The notes under the pieces: generated by a model
What the model saw: the letters and a program-made list of their open reading frames with translations, nothing else
Told to the model about the DNA's origin: nothing
The model's database searches: none
Position numbers and translations under genes: made by a program
Shown here: positions 54,287 through 64,000 of the stretch, in pieces
How the letters are laid out: each line of letters starts with the position of its first letter
How positions within the stretch are numbered: position 1 is the stretch's first letter
Origin: Octopus sinensis
Lineage: Eukaryota
Reading direction: 5' to 3'
Assembly: GCF_006345805.1 (NCBI RefSeq)
Contig: NC_043012.1
Span: 49,104,001-49,168,000 of the forward strand
Length of the DNA: 64,000 bases

Positions 54287-54385
54287 TTTTTACTGATGAA
54301 GTGTAACCTATGGTAGATTAGCTTAATTTAATTAATTAAGCTAATTTAATCATTAATGACACAGAAACGTTGCAACGTCTAAAAG
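54287..54385 (+). ncRNA. Type I hammerhead ribozyme, unit 3 (intact core)
   Basis: TTTTTA 54287-92, CTGATGA 54293-99, GAAA 54364-67, palindromic ACGTTGCAACGT, GTC 54377-79, TAAAAG 54380-85. Confidence 0.78.
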
Positions 54386-54759
54386 ATGAATTAGGGTAAA
54401 TGTTTTTAAATTTTCACCTAATTTCTGAATTACTACTACTTGGCGGTGTGAGTTATGGCTGCTCTTTCTGGTGGACGAGTGACCTGTTAGGGTCACTCCT
54501 AAATTGTTATATTTATATATTTAGTCGATGACTATTTTCTCTTTTCCACCAGGCCGCTGGTAGCGATAAATTTCTATTGAATTTTTTTGCTACCCTAAAT
54601 TGACTAATTGATAATTTTCTGAATAATTCTGAGATTGAATCGGCAGTTTATATTTACTGCTGATAAGTTTGGCGCGAATACGTCAGTCTTGAAAATTTTA
54701 AGACAGATATTCCGTAGGCATCGATACAGACGCCTCGTGTATATTTGTCTCTCCCAGGT

Positions 54760-54854
54760 TTTTTACTGATGTAACCTATGGTAGATTAGCTTAATTTAAT
54801 TTAATTAAGCTAATTTAATCATTAATGACACAGAAACGTTGCAACGTCTAAAAG
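54760..54854 (+). ncRNA. Hammerhead, unit 4, core disrupted by a 5-nt deletion
   Basis: Reads CTGATGTAACC where other units read CTGATGAAGTGTAACC. Confidence 0.65.
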
Positions 54855-55228
54855 ATGAATTAGGGTAAATGTTTTTAAATTTTCACCTAATTTCTGAATT
54901 ACTACTACTTGGCGGTGTGAGTTATGGCTGCTCTTTCTGGTGGACGAGTGACCTGTTAGGGTCACTCCTAAATTGTTATATTTATATATTTAGTCGATGA
55001 CTATTTTCTCTTTTCCACCAGGCCGCTGGTAGCGATGAATTTCTATTGAATTTTTTTGCTACCCTAAATTGACTAATTGATAATTTTCTGAATAATTCTG
55101 AGATTGAATCGGCAGTTTATATTTACTGCTGATAAGTTTGGCGCGAATACGTCAGTCTTGAAAATTTTAAGACAGATATTCCGTAGGCATCGATACAGAC
55201 GCCTCGTGTATATTTGTCTCTCCCAGGT

Positions 55229-55328
55229 TTTTTACTGATGAAGTGTAACCTATGGTAGATTAGCTTAATTTAATTTAATTAAGCTAATTTAATCATTAAT
55301 GACACAGAAACGTTGCAACGTCTAAAAG
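55229..55328 (+). ncRNA. Type I hammerhead ribozyme, unit 5 (intact core)
   Basis: CTGATGA 55235-41, GAAA 55307-10, GTC 55320-22, TAAAAG 55323-28. Confidence 0.78.
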
Positions 55329-55700
55329 ATGAATTAGGGTAAATGTTTTTAAATTTTCACCTAATTTCTGAATTACTACTACTTGGCGGTGTGAGTTATG
55401 GCTGCTCTTTCTGGTGGACGAGTGACCTGTTAGGGTCACTCCTAAATTGTTATATTTATATATTTAGTCGATGACTATTTTCTCTTTTACACCAGGCCGC
55501 TGGTAGCGATGAATTTCTATTGAATTTTTTTGCTACCCTAAATTGACTAATTGATAATTTTCTGAATAATTCTGAGATTGAATCGGCAGTTTATATTTAC
55601 TGCTGATAAGTTTGGCGCGAATACGTCAGTCTTGAAAATTTTAAGACAGATATTCCGTAGGCATCGATACAGACGCCTCGTGTATTTGTCTCTCCCAGGT

Positions 55701-55799
55701 TTTTTACTGATGAAGTGTAACCTATGGTAGATTAGCTTAATTTAATTTAATTAAGCTAATTTAATCATTAATGACACAGAACGTTGCAACGTCTAAAAG
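55701..55799 (+). ncRNA. Hammerhead, unit 6, GAAA reduced to GAA
   Basis: CTGATGA 55707-13 intact, but GACACAGAACGTT lacks one A (mutation or sequencing error). Confidence 0.6.
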
Positions 55800-56028
55800 A
55801 TGAATTAGGGTAAATGTTTTTAAATTTTCACCTAATTTCTGAATTACTACTACTTGGCGGTGTGAGTTATGGCTGCTCTTTCTGGTGGACGAGTGACCTG
55901 TTAGGGTCACTCCTAAATTGTTATATTTATATATTTAGTCGATGACTATTTTCTCTTTTCCACCAGGCCGCTGGTAGCGATGAATTTCTATTGAATTTTT
56001 TTGCTACCCTAAATTGACTAATATATAT

Positions 56029-56141
<113 letters not shown>

Positions 56142-56170
56142 TAATATATATATATATATTATATACATAG

Positions 56171-56203
<33 letters not shown>

Positions 56204-56246
56204 TACATACATACATACATATATATATATATTAATATATATTATA

Positions 56247-56279
<33 letters not shown>

Positions 56280-57204
56280 ATATATATATACATATATATA
56301 AAATAATAGTTATCGCCATACTAATATGGCATTCTTATAAAAATAAGAAAAAAGCTGTCCGCTTATTAGCTCCATGAGGCCATCGCCTTAAGTTAGCTAT
56401 TTGATACACAAACTGTATCCATATAATATATATATGTACGGAAAAAAGCGGTGGATACTGGCGCACGGGGGATTGTCGCAGCGTCCGTGTAACAACTACT
56501 AGGTCAGCTTGGAATCGAGATTCGCAAAACAATATCGACTATGAAACGCCTGTCAGAGATAACACAGTGTTCAATGGGGTTATAGGCGAGAAGGAATGAA
56601 AGATGAACATGAAAAGGAATTCAGCAAGCTACTAAATATAGGAGGAAGGAAACCCAATTTGAAAGAGTGCAAGTTGGAGCGATGGTCTTTGAGGCCGGGC
56701 AGTAAGCTCCCTCCCACAAAGGTTCCTGAGTTCAATCCCCACAAAATAAGGCATTTAAATAACAGTAGGATGACACCTAGGAGGCACTAACTAGGGATGA
56801 GGTCGGATTCCTTAGAGCACCAGGAACTAACCGGCCCAAATACTAGTTAGGTGGGAATTCTTCTGAAAATTTGTCCTGCTGTTCGCTCGCTCGTTGCAAG
56901 TTTCCGCATGTATGTATGTATATATCTACATAAATGTACACACACACACACGCGCACGCACGTACACACACATGTGTATATATACTTACATGTCTCTTTA
57001 TCCTCTTATTCTCTTGCAGGTTAGCCATTTTATTCACCTGAGGAATTATATAAATCTAGCCATTCCAAACCAATAAACTTCTCTTCATAAGTCCAAAGGT
57101 TCAACTATCTAAAGGCAGTGCTCCACCATGGCCGCAGTCAAATGACTGAAACAAGTTAAAGAATAAAAGGATATCTAAGTGAAAGAAATATGGTTACCAG
57201 CGAT

Positions 57205-57435
57205 ACCTATTTCTTTACTACCCACAAGGGGCTAAACATAGAGGGGACAAACATGGACAGACATAGGTATTAAGTCGATTACATCGACCCCAGTGCATAA
57301 CTGGTACATAATTTATCGACCCCTAAAGGATGAAGGACAAAGTCGACCTCGGTGGAATTTGAACTCACAACGTAACGGCAGCCGAAATACCGCTAAGCAT
57401 TTCGCCCGACGTGCTAACGATTCTGCCAGCTCGCC
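57205..57435 (-). mobile_element. SINE family A
   Basis: Full-length reverse copy. Confidence 0.85.
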
Positions 57436-58167
57436 GCGATACCGTCTTGCACTGAAGCTCGGCAGGAGTATTTGAACGATAAGGTTTTTGACCACGTACA
57501 ATAGATGTAAATGAGTAACTGAGTATTTTCAAAGATGTTTAGTGAAAGAATTTCAATTTGTTAACTGTTGTTACTTCTTTAAGAACTTGGGCGATTTCTC
57601 TATAACCCTAATATTATCCACACATATGCATGTCTTCGAAAGCCATGTATAATACATCGCAATATATACAGCGCTTCTAGATTTGGTGTTGGGTGCAAAA
57701 CTCTCTTAAAAATCTATAACATGTTTATAACATGAAGTATTTTCCCAGCTGCTACATGAGCATATATAATCTACCATTATCCAATATATTAGTTTTCGAT
57801 ATTTCATGTTGTATAATATATACTGGTATATAATAAAAATATATCATCTAAAAATAATGTATTTACAATACGTTACTGTGGATTTTTCTTAAGAAATGTG
57901 TTTAGGAAAATGTTGCAATCAAGTGTCAAATATTATGGGGCCTCTTAATTTTGATTTTAATGAAAAATTTAACTATCAATATTACACATGGAGTCTTACG
58001 GTATCTATAATGTTAAGTATGACAGGTATTGTTACGAAGTAGTCGTTTGAAGATCCCCGAACTAATATCTTCCGGAAAAAAACTATTGTATTGCCCGTTG
58101 TTATTGCACGTTTTTATGGAAGCGCATTTTATGAAAAGAAGACAAAAAAAAAGAAAGAAAACTAGTA

Positions 58168-58443
58168 CTCCGTCAGTTACAACGACGAGGGTTCCAGTTG
58201 ATCCGATCAACGGAACAGCCTGCGTGTGAAGTTAACGTGCAAGTGGTTGAGGACTCCATAGACATGAGTACACTTAATGTAATTTTCAGAGAGATTCAAT
58301 GTGATACAGAATGTGAGAAGACCGGCCCTTTGAATTACAGGTACCACATAAAATAATGTGTCTTGCTCAAGGGTACATCGCACCGCCGGAAATCGAACCC
58401 ACGATAGTGAGCTGATTACTCTAACCACTAAGCCACGCGCCTT
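58168..58443 (-). mobile_element. SINE family C-related
   Basis: Homologous to 4120-4428. Confidence 0.75.
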
Positions 58444-58936
58444 CACAGATGTTATACCCAAGCTTCAAACACATTTACCGAATCAACCGACAGGTGGTTC
58501 AGGTGACTGGCATCCCATCAATAACGGAAGCACTCCAGCTTCTAGCCTACAGTCTTGCTGCCTCCAAACTCAGTCTTTTCTCTCTCTACTATAATATTCT
58601 CTGCACCTCGAAGACAACTGGTCTCACTGCCAACCCTAACACGCACCTGACCCCCTCATTTCTCAATCTCTTATCAGCCTTGTTGCGTGCAATAATTCTT
58701 TCGTTGCTCCAACTGCTGTCTTCACTCTTTTCCCTCAGAACATTGGTTCTCAGAAAACTCCCTGTTTATGTATTTTCCAAATGCCATGACCCTGGCATTA
58801 TGTTTGTATACTCTTCTATCTTTATATATGTATATATGAGTATGTGTATGTGTACATATGTGTGTATGTGAGTCTATGTGTGTGCGTATATATATATATA
58901 TGGATATTTTCAACTCAGCCACATATTTTTAAATTA

Positions 58937-59362
58937 ATTTTTTTAACTTAACAGTTCAAACTTTGGATGTATCAGGTAGAACACGGTTTATTCTGAACGT
59001 TTTTGACAAAATTTTGTATTTTAGAAGTTATTTTGCGTTAAAGTTGTTGTATTTGGATAATTTTAACCAATCAATGACGTGTATTCAGCTGAAGAAAGTT
59101 ACTGCTGTTTGCAAAAGTAATAGAAGATCAACTTCCGGGTCATCGGGTCATGAAAGAGAGAGAGAGAGAGAGAGGTGGGAGAAAAGTATAAAAGATAAGA
59201 GAGGTGGGTGAGAAAAACAGAAAGTTTTTTTATAGGGAATACACACGTGTGTGCGTATGTATTTTTTTTCCATCTTTTGTCAAAAACGTTCAGAGTAAAC
59301 CGTGTTCTACGTGACTCATTCAAGCAGTATCCGAAGTTTCAAACTGTTTAGTTAAAAAAATT
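58937..59362. mobile_element. MITE with long imperfect TIRs
   Basis: GTAGAACACGGTTTATTCTGAACGTTTTTGACAAAA is mirrored by TTTTGTCAAAAACGTTCAGAGTAAACCGTGTTCTAC, plus outer arms. Confidence 0.75.
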
Positions 59363-59600
59363 TACATACACAAAATTACATACCTATATGTATATATACG
59401 ACGGGCTTCTTTTAATGTCCGTCTATCAAATCCACTCACAGGTGTTTGGTCGGCCCGACGCTATAGTAGAAGACATTTGCCCAAGGTGCCATGCAGTGGG
59501 ACTGAACCCGGAACCATGTGGTTGAGAAGCTAGCTTCCTATCACACAGCTACTCCTGCGCCTATATATATATATATACGTATACATATACATATACATAC

Positions 59601-59651
<51 letters not shown>

Positions 59652-60129
59652 GCGCACGCGCACACTCACACACACATACACACACACATACTTACATATG
59701 ATGCAGTCACACATGTTAGTTAGTTATTATTTTATTGGGAATAATATTTTACGTGCTGCAGAGTCGTTTCGCTATTTACATAATTCTTCGGAGATACATA
59801 AGAAATAATTGAGTTTTATTATATTTATAAATACAATAAAACTCAATTATTTCATATATATCTCCGAAGAATTATGTAAATAGTGAAACCAGCTTGAAGC
59901 CCGTAAGATAATATTCTCAAAATAAACATACTTTACATTCCAAACGTATTGACTTCTTCTCTTCTTGGAATTGTGGATCGCCTCATCTTACGATCTGGTA
60001 TCTTTTTCTCTTACCCAATTCCAACTTCTCAGTTTCTCACACAAGCTTTGTCCGTCCGTCCGTCCATCCGTCCATCCGACCGTCCGTCTCTCCGTCTGTC
60101 CATCCGTTTGTCCGTCCGTCCGTCCGTCC

Positions 60130-60163
<34 letters not shown>

Positions 60164-60190
60164 GCATCTTCCCTGTTGTGTGTGTATACA

Positions 60191-60229
<39 letters not shown>

Positions 60230-60253
60230 AGAGAAGAAAGTATACTTACGCCG

Positions 60254-60291
<38 letters not shown>

Positions 60292-60416
60292 CAAAATGGG
60301 ACAAGAACGCAAAACATCAAAATAGACGATACAAAAAACACGGATGGGTCATTCGAAGCCTTAATCTTCAGTCAAGAACCGGATCATTCTCGCAATTTCG
60401 GCTGATATACATACAT

Positions 60417-60471
<55 letters not shown>

Positions 60472-60729
60472 CAGGGTACATATGTTTCTCAGCTAGCTTA
60501 TCTTCTGTCATAATAATTACTCAACGAGGAGTACTCAGCTAAGCTACTCCTCAGTCTGAGAACACCTTAATTCCATGAAGTTTACTTTGTCCTTTGTAAC
60601 CTTCCACGCCTATAAATTGTTATTGTTCCTGACTGTACTGTACACTGTCCACTTTTTCTTTTCTGTACCTGCCACAGACTGTTTGAAGCTTACGCACCTC
60701 CTACTCTTCGATGCCTGAATTTCATCCAT

Positions 60730-60872
<143 letters not shown>

Positions 60873-61224
60873 TTACAACACACACACACACACACTCACA
60901 CACACTAACAGACGGACATGACGAGCCTTTAAGCATTCCTGAACAAAAGATTGTCTAAATAAGAAATTTCTAGTTGTAAAACAAACATTAGTTAACCACG
61001 GTTGTTTTAGTAAATTAGTAGACAACGCAACAGACCGATCCAAATGCAAACTCCCTCGTAATTGTTTGGCATACTCAGTACCAGACAGAATTGCTCAATT
61101 TCTTACGATGCGTGTATTATAATGCTATAATATAATTCATCCTGGTTACCTAATGCGTTGAAACGATTACATCTCATAAAACAGAACACAATATGTGCCA
61201 CAGCTAACAACAACCCAATCTTAC

Positions 61225-61850
61225 AAACACCAGAATGAAAACCCTTTTATTACGACAAAACCACAAACCACCACGCAGCAGAACCTTTTTCAAACAACCA
61301 AAATGATTTATGAATTCTAGTGCAAAATTGAAAGCAGTGAAGTTTATGAATTATTGGTACATTAGTCATACAAGTACAACACTGTCTCGTCACTTGAGCA
61401 TGCATTTACAACAAGGAGCCATCGTAACACACCACGATGTAATATATGTGAACAACAATTGATTGACAATCAATATCTGACAATACGATTCTAAAAAGAA
61501 TTCTACAAAATGCAAGATGAATATCAACAGAGATTAACAAACAAAATATAAGTCATAATTCAAAACATACAATGTACCCGATATCATCTACGAAAACTGC
61601 TGGACTTAACCGATCAATAATTCTTAAACTTAGCAGCGAAAAAGGAAACAAAAAAAATGCCAAAAGAGAAAAATATCACTAACACTCCCATAATCCTTTG
61701 CAACCTAACACATAGTGTGAAAACGTTTGCAACGCTACAATGTTACATCCTTATTTGAATGATGAGGCTGCGATAGCATCGCAATGATAATAGAGCAACG
61801 GATTTAAGAACGCATACATTCCAGACCGAGAATAAAGTATTAATAAGGAA
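61225..61850 (+). mobile_element. Old Penelope-like GIY-YIG remnant
   Basis: MIYEF*C near 61303 and YISHTSTTLSRHLSMHLQQGAIVTHH from 61358, resembling the PLE YIG..TTTLSRRLTMH motif. Confidence 0.65.
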
Positions 61851-63164
61851 ATATGAAATGTCGTTAATAAAATGGATCAAACACGAACATAGTCGTGTCT
61901 TAAATACATATCTGCATCAAAAGCTACTCTTAATCTATACGCCCGCCCACACACGTGCATATACATGCATGCATACATACATACATACATACATACATAC
62001 ATACATACATGGTGGCTGCCCCCTCGTTATCGAGTATGGAGATTGCACGAAGTCTAATCAATGTTGTCATCGTGCAATGCCTGTGCAAGAAGATTTTTTT
62101 AAAGTGAGGAAAAGCTGTGCACTGAGTCAATCCCACTCACTAAGCAAGATCAGCCATAATCCGAAAAGATACATACATACATACATACATACATACATAC
62201 AAGAAGTGATTAAGATTCAGTTGAATTAGGTACTTAAGTTGAGACACCAAGTCAGTCAGGTATTATCCGCATAGCGCGAACTAAGGCGACTAAAACGCAA
62301 ATAAGTAACAAGAATATATATATATATATATATATATAGTATATGTTTGTGCATATATGTATATCTAACTATGCACCTGTCTGTGTGTATGTCTATATAT
62401 TTATCTATCTATATACATATATGCATGTATATATATGTATATATATAGAGAGAGATAAATTGATAGATAGACAGACAGAGAGATACACACATACATCACG
62501 CACATTACAAATATAATTTATTGCAATAGCTTCTCGCTGTATATACACGGATAGATTATGAGGGTGTGTTGTATGTCCAATGAAACAGTTTGTACCTTGA
62601 AGTTTGCAATTTTCACGCTTGCACAAAGTGGTATAAATTACTTTAATTTACTGTAATTTGGAGTTTATTCAATCGGTTGCAAGCTTACAGATTATATACA
62701 ATGGCATATTTGCATATGCAATGATATATTTGCATATCAGTACAGAAATAGCGTATCTGTACATGGTCACTGACAGGGCTAGAAATGTCAGCCAAATTTC
62801 TTTCAGATCTTACCCTATCAGCCCCAGTATGTTTAGAATGGTCACGGCTAGAACATCGTCGATAAAAGAGCTGCTCAACTATGGTGGAACTGTGGTTTGA
62901 ACAACAATTAAAAAGAAAAGTTTATCATGCAAAATAACAATACGAAGTATCGTTATCATGAAAGAACAAGACCGATTCTGGCAGAAAGCAGAAAGTTATG
63001 GAGAAGGAGCACTTATCCATATCATCTTCAGTATTTATGTTAATCCTTAGAATATATATATATATATATATATTATATTTATAAATATTTTGTGCATATA
63101 TGTATATCTAGCTATGCACCTGTCTCCGTGTATGCCTATCTATTTATCTATCTATATACACATA

Positions 63165-63220
<56 letters not shown>

Positions 63221-63822
63221 AGAGAGAGAGGGAGAGAGAGAGAGAGAGGGAAGAGAGAGAGAAATTGATAGATAGACAGACAGAGAGATACACACATTCA
63301 TCACGCACATTACAAATATAATCTATAAGCGGAACAAAAGAAAGATGCAAGGCTTTTTCCAAGCTCAAAATGTGAAATCGACCTCTGCGGAATTTGAACC
63401 ATGAACGCATCTAATTTAGGCACAAAGCGAAGAATTTTGAGGCTAAGGGAGTTTGCCAATGACATTTACTCCAGTAATTATCTCGTACTTTGTTTTATCG
63501 AAGGAAGAAGTTTTTAGCCAACCTCGGCGGTATTCCAGCTATGCACATAAAGGACCGTACCTAATGCAAAGCGACTGAGTTGATTTTTGTTGGTCACAAA
63601 GCGGAACGACGCATAAAATGCAAGCATCTTACGATCCAATGATGCTTCTCATGCTTCAAAATAGAATGTGTTTTAGTCTTACTAAAGACTTTTCTCTTGG
63701 GACTATTCTTGCAGCGAAAGAACTTATCACGTCCGAACATGTCCGAACGTGTTCATCATGACTCTCTACATGGATACATCAACATATACATACATATATT
63801 ACATTATTTTATTTTATATCGT

Positions 63823-64000
63823 ACTAGCAGTATCGCCCGGCGTTGCTCGGGTTTGTAAGGGAAATAACTATAAAGCATTTTTAGAGAGTTATAGCTAAAA
63901 AATAGCAAAAAATGCATTCAAAATGGAAAAAAAATTATGGTAAATTTTTTTTAAATCGGTGACTCATCGTAGACATTTTTAGAGAGTTACTTCCCTTATG
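63823..64000 (+). mobile_element. Probable Helitron/Helentron-type non-autonomous element end (runs off the window)
   Basis: ACTAG followed closely by the hairpin CCCGGCGTTGCTCGGG; internal direct repeat CATTTTTAGAGAGTTA. Confidence 0.5.

Larger units (their letters stand above)
53342..56022. mobile_element. Tandem array of ~474-bp hammerhead-containing units (putative non-LTR retrozyme); ~1.65 units on minus, then 4 units on plus
   Basis: CAATTTAGGAGTGACC recurs at 53347 and 53821 (period 474). Orientation flips at 54124/54125 and the plus-strand units recur with periods of about 469-474. No ORF; (TA)n on both flanks; one hammerhead motif per unit. Confidence 0.85.

Noticed and set aside
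53342-56022. CRISPR array or plain centromeric satellite interpretation
   Set aside because: No repeat-spacer alternation; the array is short, inverted and carries a ribozyme motif in every unit.
60286-60406. CUGAAGA and CCGAAA words on the minus strand of a TA-flanked insert
   Set aside because: Order and pairing do not give a coherent hammerhead in the visible fragment.

Overview
AT-rich, repeat-dense eukaryotic DNA, very probably from an octopus (inferred from the tRNA-derived SINE families and heavy microsatellite load). No confident host protein-coding gene is present; nearly all listed ORFs are microsatellite or SINE artefacts. The window holds about 25 SINE copies, a decayed DD36E Tc1-like transposon, a maT/DD37D-like remnant, CR1-type and R4/Dong-type LINE fragments, several MITEs with 8-bp target-site duplications (TSDs), and Penelope-like (GIY-YIG) remnants. 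The main find is a 2.7-kb non-coding array at about 53342-56022, flanked by (TA)n, made of near-identical ~474-bp units. Each unit carries a type I hammerhead ribozyme motif (CUGAUGA...GAAA, GUC cleavage triplet, palindromic stem III, long stem II), and the array has a 5' inverted segment. It looks like a young non-LTR retrozyme / circular-RNA element. At least five other unrelated hammerhead-like motifs occur in small Penelope-type inserts, mostly beside (TA)n tracts. All structure calls were made by eye and need covariance-model and cleavage-assay confirmation; repeat boundaries are approximate.
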